From Tubiluchus corallicola (lineage: Eukaryota > Animalia > Priapulida): a DNA stretch of 64,000 nucleotides. The position numbers and the translations under genes are program-made. Of this stretch, positions 37,504 to 56,123 are shown one piece after another. The stretch lies in assembly GCA_030141605.1 (NCBI GenBank), contig JAQGDQ010000075.1:186001-250000 (forward strand), written 5' to 3'. Each line of letters opens with the position of its first letter. Position 1 is the first letter of the stretch. Under the pieces are notes generated by a model. That model worked only from the letters and a program-made list of their open reading frames with translations, made no database searches and was not told the DNA's origin.

Positions 37504-38679
37504 CAGCGATCTGCCGATCCGATAAATAATCGGCAATCGGTAAACAAATTTGCATATCGGAATAGATTGGAGATAGGGCTGATACACTTAAATATTGGCA
37601 ACATGGTGTGCATTAAATGAAAATAAATCGTAATTCAGCTTAATTTATGTGTCATTTAATCAAACTGTGCAGAATAGTAACAAATCTGCTAAAAGCCAGA
37701 AGGGATTTCCTTCTTTTAAATGCATTATGAGGTGTTAGCCTGCATTTATAATGATATGCTCACCCCCTAGAGACTGGTGAATTGCTCTGTTATTGCAGAT
37801 GTAAAAAATTAGGTGTGATAACGCACAGCAGCAACCAAACAAAATGACCTTGAGCAATGAGCACACAATATGCATTCATAAAGCACTTCATGCATAAATG
37901 TTTTTAAACTCCCTGCACAATATCCGATCATAAGTCACTCCATGAAACACTGATAATGTAACTTGCTGAACCAGCTGAGATTGTATTATTCATGTCTTTG
38001 AAAGATCCATATTATCTTTTAGGTATTGCAAAGAATTGATTTAATCACTGGTCTAACTACTATTGTGAATAGTAAAGAAGTTTAATTTTTTCGTAATTTC
38101 ATCAGGCGCTAATTAAAGCAATTAAATAGTTAATAATTAACTTATATATACTTACACTATTAGCCAAATGGTAAACCTAATTTGTAGGGTAAATTATGTA
38201 CACATACACTTAGGCTACTTCAGCTTTGTTTGTTGTTGACCATAAGTCAGCATTACTGCTGAAATTTATGAAACAATATCAGAAGTAGACTGTTAAATCC
38301 GTTAATAGACTTAATTATAGTGGAAGACATTCACATTACAAATTCTCACATTAATTCTTGATCTTTACACATGAAATAAATTTTTGTTCTAAATACATTT
38401 GTAATGAATTTCAGTTAAGCCTTTTGTCATTAGTATCTAATGAATAGTTACATACAGTCAAAATAAACATTTATGGTCATTAATCTCTCAAAAATTCTTT
38501 CGGAATTTAATTTTAGCTTCCTCCAATCATAGCCTTAAATTCATTTCCTGTTGCAGCAATTGTAATATCATCATGTCGGCTTGGGTCTGATATAGGATTG
38601 GGTCGGATCGGCCAACAGCAATAGGTAAAAATAATCGATATCGGACCGGGACACAGGCTCCCATATCAGCACATCCCTG
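37504..38679. mobile_element. hAT-superfamily non-autonomous element
   Basis: TIRs CAGCGATCTGCCGAT / ATCAGCACATCCCTG, subterminal ATCGG/CCGAT repeats at both ends, and an 8-bp flanking duplication GTTAGTAC (37496-37503) / GTTTGTAC (38680-38687) with 7/8 identity. Confidence 0.82.
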
Positions 38680-38983
38680 GTTTGTACATGAATACCAAAA
38701 CAATGATTAAGACATTATCATTTTTGTATATATTAAATGTTTAAATTTCAGGCTATTTTGTTTATTGCTCTGCAAAATGTGGCATCTCAAAGACTTGTAA
38801 TTTTTACTGCTTTAGCCTAACTTTACTTAAATTTATTTTTCTGAAAATGTGGTTATACTCTTATAAAGCTATATGAACTCTCTTTTGTTGTTGTTACTTG
38901 TTATTGCCATTCATAAGGGTAACCTTAAATATATTTTCAGGGCAAACTTTTTTTATTAAAAGTTCAGTGGCTACTTAGAAATA

Positions 38984-44809
<5,826 letters not shown>

Positions 44810-46126
44810 TGTTTGCATAACAAGCCGTGTCTTCTTTGTATTGGCTAAGATCTTTACTGTATGTGTACCACATAGTTATTAAATTCATCATGGTTTGGTG
44901 AAAGTTCATAATCAGTTCAAGAACTAACACTGTCAGCTATACAAACTTCAATAATAATTTACTGACCAATACTTACTGTTATTTCACATAATATATGTTA
45001 CATACAGTTTTTTATGGTACAGGTGTATTCCATTGTCAATGAAATAATAATAATAAATGTGTAAATAAATTTGCATTAAACTATTGATCTTCTATAACAG
45101 TGAATGCAAACTAATACTAGTTACATAATTTTTACATATTAAAATATACTATGCCTAAAGAAAAAATGATATTATTTTGATAAACAATATTCAACATGCC
45201 AATGAACATTCAACATGCCAATGAACAACTAAGATAACAAACTGACAATGTCGAAACTCGTATGTACAACAATAATTTTTCAGCAGATAACAATGTGTAA
45301 CTTTAACAAAAATTATCACACACGACACAATAGTATACATAATTAGTATTAAAAGAATTGGGTGAACAGAGAACAGGTTTCCATTATCGGTCTTTTCTGC
45401 TTTGACCAGTTTGTAATAATGAATTACAGATATTGACAGATGTTGCTTTTATTCAGTCTGAAAAGACATTAAATTAACAAGGATACATGCTATTATAATC
45501 CATACGCACTGGGACTATTGTGAATTTAATAAGATTTTAAACATAGAGATCAGTTTGGAACAAAATCGAGGCTTAGGCATGTTACAAATTCAGAGTAATA
45601 GTCGAACAATTGATTACATAGTTAAATGGAACCTTCTTAAGTGTCTGTACAATAATAACATTCATTTAAGCTATAATTTTTGCACAAATGAATTTAGCAA
45701 AATCATAGATCTTTACAGCAAAATAGATAATAATCTTGTTTGTAATAACTGTACAGTTACAGTACCTGCACATTGCAATAAACAGACTATAAATCTCATT
45801 GATTAGTCATTTTTGCTTAAATTGTGTTAGTTTTCCAATGTAGCAATTTTAAATTGAATAATTAGATCACATGTGAATGTAGGTTAAATCCAGATAAATT
45901 GCTTGATACAGTGAACAACTTTTAGAATGTTTAGCAACTAACCAAACTTATTTACAAGTAATTAATTCACCGTGTAATATTTTCCTACTACAAGTAAGGA
46001 AACCCAAAAATTTTCCAATTTTCACAACAGCTGACTTTCATATATACAGTAATTCTTGCCAAAAACAACATTAATTTCCCTGAAACTGCACTATTTTGAC
46101 AACAGGAACAGTCATGCAGTATTAGT

Positions 46127-49100
46127 TCATGACGGATTTTGTCGTATCAGTTCTAAATAGAGCTCTGACTTGAGGAATCTGGGATATGAGTCCTTCTCCA
46201 TTAGTCCTTGTATTCGTTTTTGAGCTTGGTCGAATGCATGCCTGTTCGGATTGCATATGTTGTTAATGGTGGCGGCCCTTGTGTTTGAATCGAGATTCAC
46301 CTGTAATAAGTACAGCCATTAGATGCAAAAAGATCTTGCCTTATCAGCTATCACCACTTTCAGACAACAGGTAATCCACAGAAGTGAAAAAATCCTGCTG
46401 CTTTTGTCTACATTTACAACAAGAATTCTTTAGCATTTCTCATGTATGTTTGAACACCAACTCTGCTCTTTTTTCTAATATTGAACATTACACAATTATG
46501 TGCATACTTCCTTGGGAGCTTGTATTGCTACGAAATCTGCAAAAATCTTTTTTGCTTTTGGAGCGAGTTTTGGAGTTTTAGACTTTTTGTATTCCTCGCA
46601 AGCAATCCAGAACTCTAGATTTTCCTCACTGAATTCTGATCTGACAAATACTCGAAACAACGAGAGTCCATCTGGAAAAGGAAAAAATCAGTAGTAAAAC
46701 AATTACGATAAATAGTCTAGTTAGTAAAATTATGTATTTCCTATTTCTGTTGTGGAGTAATGTTTATAACAATCATCATAGCCAAAAATGTGAAAGCTAC
46801 AGACAATTGTGTATTAGCGAGGAGTGCAAAAATATTAATTGTGGACAGGCAGATGTAAGAATTATATTCAGCAACCCAGTGCCCACTTATGTAATACAAG
46901 GCACTGATGAGTCTTAAACATATGTGTTAGTGTCAATGATGGGTCTTGAATACAAGGAAACAACTATGTAACATGATCTGAGACAATGCTAGTTTTCTAT
47001 CTTGGTTTTTGGTTTCGGTTTTGTGAAAGTACATGCTAAGTATAAAATGGCATCCGATTATAAGGCTTCCTTTATCTTGTCAGTAAGTTTTGTTTTGTTG
47101 TTTTTTTGTTTGTTTGTTTTTGTGTTTTTGTTGTTTTGTGTTTGTTGGGTTGTTTTTGTTTTTTTGTGGTTTTTTGTGAGTAAGTAGGCTAAATGGTTTG
47201 CACTGTACAAGGCTAAACGTTTACGGTCCTATGCATCTGTGAAATTTATTAGTTGAATTATAGAAGCTAGTGTATGCATATTTTAACTATGAATTAACAA
47301 TGCAGAGATATTAATAATTTTTATTTGTTCTGTGCCTTCTTTTATATCAACTAGGTAAGCTGCTATATAAAAGTTGTGTATTACTGCGGTCACACTGAGA
47401 CCACCAGAGTAAAAGGAAGCTGAGTTGGAAGTATGAACAGCTTCATTGTAGACTTCCCCTACAACATTACACTTTTTCTGTTAGTACACTATCTTAATAA
47501 TTGAAATGTACATGTATTTATATATATATATATATAAATACAGCTTCCACTATGAAATGAAGTACATTTGCACTCTGGTGATATTATGACTTTATGACAA
47601 CTCTTATTAGCTCAGTTAATCTTTCCAGCGAAAATTTTAATCTTACAGCAAAATTTGTCTATTAACTTTGCTTTGTGCAGAGCTATTACTTTTGAATTGT
47701 AATGGTTTCATGCCAGCTGCTTATGTCAGAAGATCACCTGTTATTCCGAATAAAACTGGTCTAGTTAATTTAGGAAAAATTCTGCTGGAAATCATATTGC
47801 AGATCTGCAGCTGGGACACTATTGTGGTAGAGAGAGAACAGCGCTTTAGTTTGAATTGAAATCTCAAAATAATGGCTGCCATCCCAATGTTCCAAAAGCA
47901 GTTCTCTTTGGTTGTAGATTTGATGCCATGTCGAGGTCACATGATATATTCAACAAAATCCATTGGCAGTCATGCTGAATTATCAGAGTAAAAGGATATG
48001 TGGCATGTTGCCTTCAGTGTTGCCTATCAATTTTATTGGTCAAGTTACACATGGGGCAATCGTTATCAGTCACAATACAGTGTGCTTTACCAATAGATGC
48101 TTTATCTTGTCTTGTTTAGTGTATTTGTGTCTTGTCACCTGGTTATTTATGATTCTTTGGGTTGCTTATTTGCAGTGTAGACGGTCATGAGGCCTTTACA
48201 GAAACTTAATAAAGCGCATGTGAACCAGGTCCTTGGTGCCTGGCATGCATGCTACTTTTATTATTTTTTGGAATTATAATTAGTGAAGTTATAAAGAGAA
48301 AAAAGTAATTGTAAATGTTTACTCACTTTTCATCTATTTGTTGGCTTACCATGCATCAGCATAGATCCTTTGTGTTGTCTCGTTTACTGTGTGCATTGTC
48401 CCTTGGTTATTTATGATTCTTTGGGTTGCACATTTGCAGTCTAGACAGTCATGAGGCCTTTATGGAAACTTGCTCTCTTAATAAATCACATGTGAGACTG
48501 ATCCTTGGAACCCTGCCCATGCTACTTTTATTATTTTTTTTGGAATTACAATCTATGAAGTTATAAAGAGAATGAAATAGTTGTAAACATGTACTCACAT
48601 TTATCATGCAGTAAGTTATCAAATGTTTCAGACCAAGTAAGAGCAGTTTCTTTAGATGGCCGTACTGAGGCGCTGCTGGATTTTTCGTTCTCTCGCTCTC
48701 TCATCTCCTTTACGCTGTCTGCATGTAGAGCTGAATCAGTGTGTCGCCGCCGCAAGAATGTCAACTTTTCTTTCATATCCTTTGCTCTGGATGTTAAATA
48801 AAAATCATTGATGAGACTCATTTCAAACAGTCGTGAGAAAATGTTCACATTGCAAAGATAATATTGGAGGAAAACTGCATTGTGAAAAAACTAGGAAGAC
48901 CTAGTGTATACATTGTGAGCATGGTGCTGCTAATGTAAACTTAAACTAAAATACCAACAAACGGTTTTCACATTAAATATAAATATGATTGGCAGATTCA
49001 TGGATGATAGTTCAGTTTTTCTTTATTAAATTAAATTCAGCATTTCAACAAGCAAACAAATATTTGGAAGCCAATTTCGGACTCCTTTATCAGTGTTTGA

Positions 49101-52100
49101 AATTAAAAGATGTGAAGGATCCTACAATCAATAGTTATACGAAAAAATACATCTAGCGAAATTTAATTTAAAAGGCAGGATTATGACAATACAGTACCAC
49201 TCAATCTTAATATTGAGTTAGGTGAAATCTTCTTTTTCTGGAAATCCCCCCGTTCAATTCACATGTAATTCAAAAATCTATAGAAGAGACAATGTTGTTA
49301 CAGCTGAAGCCATATAGTATTGATTATTAAGATGTGAGAGTTCATGGCTGCTTAGTAGTTTGATCAACGTATTTATAGGCACAGCTGTTACACAAAAATT
49401 GGAAAACAACATTGGCTAAAACAAACTGCCAAGAATGTTGTGGTTTTTGCAGCGGTAAGACTAAAATTTCAACACTGAAAGTCACTACTGAATGTATTGA
49501 ACAGGTCTGATTTCATGTTAAATTTTGTTAGGTCCTTATTAGGTTCAATCATGTATTCTGTGTTTTCGAATCTTTCACACCTGTTAATGCTGATGATTGT
49601 CTACTAAAGGAAAAGACAAAGGCAAGATTTATTTACCGTCGTTCGTTTAACAGACAACATTCGCACTACAACAATACAGGTAAGGACGCAACACACAACA
49701 AATAACATGTAGGGTATATGTCCTAGCGTTGGCATCCGCTAGTCTCAAATTCAACACTGCGTGGTAGCATTCCGAGATCTAAACCACTCGGCCAGCCGAG
49801 GACTGTTTTTATTGTTATAAACGTAAGAAGAAAAAATGCTTTGCATATTGCATACTTCTGGAACCTCAGAGTTAAATTTGTCTCTCATGCTGTACTTCGT
49901 TGAAGAGGGGTTAGCACAAGCATTAATTATTATTTTACATGTAATTGGGAAATTTAATTATTTTGTTTCTATTTTCTGTTTCAACTTTTCACAGTGCTGA
50001 AATGGACGTATTATAACAAACTGACAATTAAATAAAATAAATGATTTAATATAATCATAATGTTAATTATACCGGTAAATGGCATTATATACATCCAAAT
50101 ATTTTCAATATATAATTACGTATTAGGATTTTGCATTTCACAGAATTTCTTAAGTACTGCTAAATTTTGAAGTAAGATATATGACATTTTTTCAAAGGAC
50201 ACTAAAAATAGTTACTCAATATTAACGAACAAAATAAATTATTAAAGTATGAAATATAATGTGATTCCATTATTTTTTGTAATTCCGGCTAGTAGTTTCG
50301 GGGAATATAAATATGCTAGTTGTAATAATTTATTTTCATAAAAATTTTTGCTATGCCTTGTTTGTAATCCTTCAGAAGTATACTGTTACCTGGTAAAATT
50401 AGTTAAACTTTGCCAGATTAACATTAAGTCATGTAACTGATGATTTTTGGAGCCTCTGTAAAACCCATGCGAAATGCTAAAGGCTTAAAAACGCTACACT
50501 ATTAAAAGAAAGACTGTTTGGATAAAGATCAATTGACAGACTCAGTTAATCTTTCTTAATTTTTAGCTGTATTTAATCTTTGTTTTGAACTCATGAGCCT
50601 AGCATGCTTACTTTACTCAGTAGTAGTCTTCGAATGGGTAGTATAATGAATTTAGGCGATTATGGACTTCAACGTTATCCTGATATCTTTTCCAGGCGGA
50701 GCTTGTTTATTGTTTACTTGCACAGCTATTTATTGTTTACAGCATTTCACATGTGGCGCTTTTAGTTGAAGCGCAAAAACCAAACTAGCAGTTTGAATAT
50801 CGTAGGGGCAACGAACTACACAACTAAATCTATACATGTAGCTGCATCTGCATTTAAATCATGAGTGCTGATTCTCAGCCATTGGTGGCCTCTCTTTTAC
50901 TTGACTGTGCAATAAATCACTGTATTTTTATTTTTAATGATCTGATTTGACAAGAAGTGTGAAAAGTTGTAATGCAGCCTGGATTTGAACCAGGAACCTT
51001 CTGCTTAGAAAGCTTCGCAATTTATTTAACGTGGGTTTCTAATAACATCATTAATAATCTTGACATTAACATTATAATAATGAATCTGATTCAGAAAATT
51101 GAAAGTGTTAACTAAACTTAGGGTGCTCTAAAATGATAAAAGAACAAATGATTCAAAATTTTTCTCCCAAAGATCTGAAGGAGAAAACAGATATACGTTT
51201 ACTCGTCTTGTAAGCCTATCAATAAAAACATTTTAGTGAATACGAGTGTTTTTATTGAATACATAGAAATGGTTTTAGCACAGCCTCGCATTCATGTCTG
51301 ATGTTAAAAGAATTTTATTATATCCAAAGAGCTAAATCCCATTAGGAAGATACTATTTCAAAAGTACTATTAAAGCTATAATGTTATAACATACATGCTA
51401 CTTTTCTTTTTTCTCACTGCTCCATTAGTCTCCATTTCTTCAGATTCATCATGTGAGAGTTGTGAAGTAGGCATAGACATCTTCTTGTGCATACCCTGAA
51501 TTAATACATAAATTTTGGTTTATATAAAATTATAATGACCACTGCATGTCCATATAAAATGATAAATACTTGGTCTGATGTTGTTGGCAGCTATCTTATG
51601 TATTTCATTGTTCCCACTAATTTCATACTACTTGACCAAAATTACTGAACGAAAGGGGTCTTGAAATGGAGCATCCTTTCATCTGTTTAAACGTTTTGTA
51701 TGATATCTTTAAAACTACTGTCCAGCAATACAAGCCCAACTTATAACGTAAGAGGTGCAGATATAAAGGTACGAATGTTAAACGGCGTCCAATGATATTT
51801 GACTATAGCCCTCGGCGTATCAGTAAATATTTGAATATGGCATGGTAAGGAGTGAGCATCCCCTCATGGACACGGTGCAGATCAATTTTTAAAGATTTTG
51901 ACAGGATACCAAAACTAAAAACGGGAATTCTAGTGAAGGTGTCTGCTAAGAAAGCCCTGGAATGTCTACTGCTACTGGTTATAAGTGGTGACTTACGATA
52001 AGAAGAGTTCTACATTGAGCTAAGGTCAAAGTGAAAGTTGTCTAGTGTCAGTACATTCCTACATTAAACTAATGTCCATATTCCTTATGATGGGTACCAG

Positions 52101-54746
52101 TTTTTATTCATTTCACTTTTTCTAGCTAAAGCGCTACAACTGTTACTGGGAAATCGTTTGTGGTACGTTAATTGTGTGCATTGTTATCCTCACATGGCAT
52201 AGTCCAGTGTACCCTATGGCCTTATGGTATACCGTGTAGATTTGATGGCAGTTTTTGCAAATACATGTTTTTATGTTCATAGGGGGTCACTATGCCTTAA
52301 AATACATGTTGGGATTCTTTTCCAGTATATTAAGTATTTGTATACATAACATTTAAATTTTTACCCCTCCCAAATGGTTATTTTGTTAGAGAAGAAAATG
52401 TATTATGCATAAGCAAAACATCTTCAACTTTTAGGAATGGTTAAAAATTACTATAAACTACGAACAGAGGTCTTATTTGCTGCAAATCATTGGATTTATA
52501 AAGAGCACCAGTGGCAACGGGCAAATGTTATTAATAATGTTGTTTGAATATGTGTTACATTAACCTGCTGTTTCTTAACCCTGCTACATATCTTAACACC
52601 CACTCTTAATTCTGAATTTTTTGCACTGTGTTATAAATAATGGTGTGAAATAAAAATTTCATCTTTATCTTACCTTTGTCCTTATCAGTAAACCAAATTC
52701 TGTGGATACGCTGAAGTTTTGTTGAACAACTATTCGTGTAGGGAGGAAAAGTAGAAAAGTAAAACATTATTGCTGTAAACAATTCTGTCGTGAAAAATGT
52801 CACAATTTAATATTTTTGTCAAATTGCTTAACTTGATTGAAGGGGATTGCATTTGAAAACTCGCTGTATAACAGATACTATATTTGAGTTTAATCCAATG
52901 TTCAGATGCGCGGCACGATAAAGAACAGACTAAGCTATAATCAGCGTTGGAAAACGCTTTTTATGGCACAATTGATTAACTTGTACTGGCCTTGGAAAAG
53001 AAAATCTTGGCTGGCTTCAGGCAAAACTTTATCGTGCAGTCTGAAAACTATCAGCAATACGAGTTGCACCCAGGAAGCAACTGCACTTTCGGGACATTAA
53101 CCCTAGGAAACATGGTAATGATTGGGAGCGCGTTAACACAGCATTAACATTAATTGCCAGGACTCGTATTGCGTATGAGTGTCTGAGTTCTGTTTTTGTA
53201 TGCGGAAATTTGGGACAGAACTGGGGCATGAAATGACCCGATGTCAAGCTGCCGCTGTACAAATTTAGACTACTTCCAGCCGAGATAGAAAACAACTGAC
53301 AAAATCTTGAAGAGAAGTCCATGTAAAACTGTTTTTGAGCTTGGCACAGGCTGTTGCCGTTAATCATTAGCATAGCAGCTGAACCCATTGCTTGCCAATA
53401 ATTTTTCTACAGAACAAGGTTCATAGATCGTAAAGGCGTCTAGTTGTGGCCTTTTTTATTACAATTATAAATCCAATTTATTCTCCATTTGCAGAAATAT
53501 GTGACATTTTTACATATAAATGCATTGCATGTATAACACATAAATTATGTATAAAAGTGATAAGTGTGTATCAATAAATACACTCAATTTCTAAAATAAA
53601 ATAAAAATAAAATAAATAAAATTAATTATTCATACTCGTATAATGTTGGTTTGCAACTGCATATCCAGCTTCCTTATGATATCAATGTACAATCTAAGAG
53701 TTCACTTATCTTGATGCCCGATATTGCATTTATGTCCAGACCGGCTAGTTTCAGGGATAAACCATCTAATAGATTACCATGCTACAATTCTCTAGGCGAC
53801 AGAGTTTCAACAAATTGTTAACTTCTGACTTGCTACATTTGACGTTTTATATGTGGGCACAGGCTTCAACCAGTTTGGATTATGGAGAATTTCTATATCT
53901 TTAGTGATTTTTAGATTTGATTTGGCTTTAATGTATAGTTTGCTAAGAAGTAGTTAGCTGCTATCCTGCCATTTAACAGAGTATCAATTTTCTGTGCCTC
54001 TTGGCTAAATCACTTTCCGGCTGACTTATATTTTTCCCCAAGAATTTATAAACTATCACTGAATATTGTACAACAAGGGGCGGGAACCCGCATATTAGTT
54101 CTAGTTCCTGTTTAGGTGGATCATATGACACTCCTATGGCTGTTTTTACTAAGTCATACAAAAGATCACCTCGAAGGCATTTATTTGTTCATCAAGCTGC
54201 AATGTAGGCAATACCACGGTTTTATCTAAATTAATAATTGACATTGATAATCGTAGTCCTCTATGTTTAAAGCAAAAAGTTTTAATTTTTTGCCATTTAT
54301 TCTACGATTGATGTTGAAAGAAGTCGAATGCGTATTTATTTAAATGCATACTGTGCTGAAAAATGTCTGATATAGGGCGTCGCATTTTTCGCTGTTCTCT
54401 ATGCAGTACATGTATTTGTTTTATAGTTTCAGTGTCTCAATTCTTACATTAGACCTTTCACCAGATTGCGTTTTCCAGAACGCTTTCCCTTGCGCGACGT
54501 TTAGTTCACTCTTGCTTTTGTTCATCCAATTGTTCAATTATTCTGTTAATGAACTACAAGTGCCTTTTGTACGGACGTCCCCAAATTCAAGCCCCTCCAT
54601 ATACTGAAGAGATAAAGAATGGGTGTAGAAGCTGTCTGAATGTCGTTATTTTTTAACATTTTTTAACATTTAACATAGGCACTGTTGTTAATCTGTTACA
54701 TTAATTACACCATTAGTGTTTAGGGGTCAAGCGCCTCCACAAGAAG

Positions 54747-54815
<69 letters not shown>

Positions 54816-56123
54816 ATTCCTCTCTCCCTTGTGATTCAAGTGAAAAACTAACATTTCTTAATGATTTGTTTGTGTTTTAAGTTTTACTTTTAATACAAAA
54901 ACAGTTTTGTTTGCGTTTTAATAGCTGTCACATCATGTTTTCATGTAACAATGCATAGTCTTAATTTCCAGATCAGTAATAAGTATTAGTGATGAAACGA
55001 ACCCGCTTCATTAAATTCTGGAAATAACCCGAGTTGACAGGAAGACAGACCTTGAACCTGTGACCCTGGGACGCAACCGTGTGAAAACATAAGATTTTAC
55101 TAGTGTCACGACGACTTAGTGATTGTGAGTTCGTTCTGTCGCTGTTACTAATTAACGACGTGTTCTTACATAGTTATGATATATTGCAGCTGTAATCTGG
55201 CGAACGCCAGTTTACTAGATAAGTCTCCTGTAAGCGTGAATCATTTTTAATGGATAACGGGAATGCTGTGTCTGTAACGTTTTAATAAAAGGCAATTAAA
55301 TTAAAAAACATAATTATATTTCTCACTACCAAGATTTCAAATTGGTGGTGGTGAAGACCCATAGTTATTACAGGCTTATTGAAGCCAAATGGACTGGAAA
55401 AAAGAAAATCTGAACGTGTTGTGGCGTAATGGATTTAATTCCGGAACCATTTTGAGAACTGGTATGATATGGTCCAAAATATCCTGATGTAAATCCGGGT
55501 GTAACAACTAATAACATTTCTACTTTGTTTATTTGTCTTAGTTCTAAATTCAGTTAATGTAATTCGGGATGAATTACTCATGCTGTCTTGCTAAATAAAT
55601 TAGAAATGACAAAGTGAATGCACCATACCTGCCTATCCTTGTGTTCCCTCAGAAACAATGCATGTGAAGGCACGTCCTTGCCGCAACCAGCACTGTGACT
55701 CCGTCGCAACAATCGCCGCAATTTACCACTCTTCTTATCCGAAGTTTTGACGTCCGGCGCTTGCAGTACATTGTAGCTAAAGCTAACATGTAACGAGCCA
55801 TCGTCCCTCATCGGGGCAACGTCCGCGTCACACGGCAAAAGCCTGTCCTGGCTGAAACAGTTCGTCATTCTGTCAGGTACCAGATACTGATTAGGGGAGG
55901 AACTTTCTCCTACAGCGTCCACCGTGCACTTCTGATTAAAGTCAAAGGCAATATTACCACTGGTACATGTAGCGTCATTGACGTAGGAAGGCGTTGGAGT
56001 ACTGCCTGTACTCTCCTCTTGCGAAGAAGTGGAACCTTTGCGAGTATTGTTGTCTAGGTAGAACAGTGGCTTGTTTTTGCCACCTTTGCCTTCCATCACT
56101 GGAGGCTCTTCTAGAATTACACC
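46127..56123 (-). CDS. RGS3: Regulator of G-protein signalling, R4 subfamily (RGS3-like), 3' five coding exons; the start exon was not located
   Basis: Exons 56123-55629, 51495-51395, 48786-48599, 46671-46508 and 46300-46127 (TGA) join in phase. RGS box: [39 protein letters not shown]...APKEVNLD...[23 protein letters not shown]. It is preceded by [14 protein letters not shown] (R4 helix) and RRSHSAG, resembling RGS3 AKDMKNKLGIFRRR and RRTHSEG. Confidence 0.88.
48130..48600. repeat. Local direct duplication (~200-bp copies) in an RGS intron that includes the 5' splice-site region
   Basis: About 48130-48328 and 48397-48600 share TGGTTATTTATGATTCTTTGGGTTGC..CATGAGGCCTTTA..GCTACTTTTTATTATTTTTTGGAATTA..GAAGTTATAAAGAGAA..TACTCAC. 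Confidence 0.8.
49628..49803 (-). mobile_element. tRNA-derived SINE
   Basis: The minus strand begins GTCCTCGGCTGGCCGAGTGGTTTAG (Pol III A-box), has a degenerate B-box, and ends in AAATAAAT. Confidence 0.5.
50860..51014 (-). mobile_element. tRNA-derived SINE fragment
   Basis: Minus strand TTCTAAGCAGAAGGTTCCTGGTTCAAATCCAGG has a good B-box/T-arm, but the 5' half of a tRNA is missing. Confidence 0.45.
53630..54640 (-). mobile_element. Decayed LINE fragment
   Basis: Broken minus-strand translation includes [10 protein letters not shown] (post-RT region) and QGKAFWK (linker between EN and RT). Apparently internally deleted. Confidence 0.5.
54748..54812. repeat. (TC)n microsatellite
   Basis: Direct observation. 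Confidence 0.95.

Noticed and set aside
50974-51014. tRNA gene
   Set aside because: Only the anticodon/T-arm half is present, with no acceptor-stem partner or D-arm. Treated as a SINE fragment.
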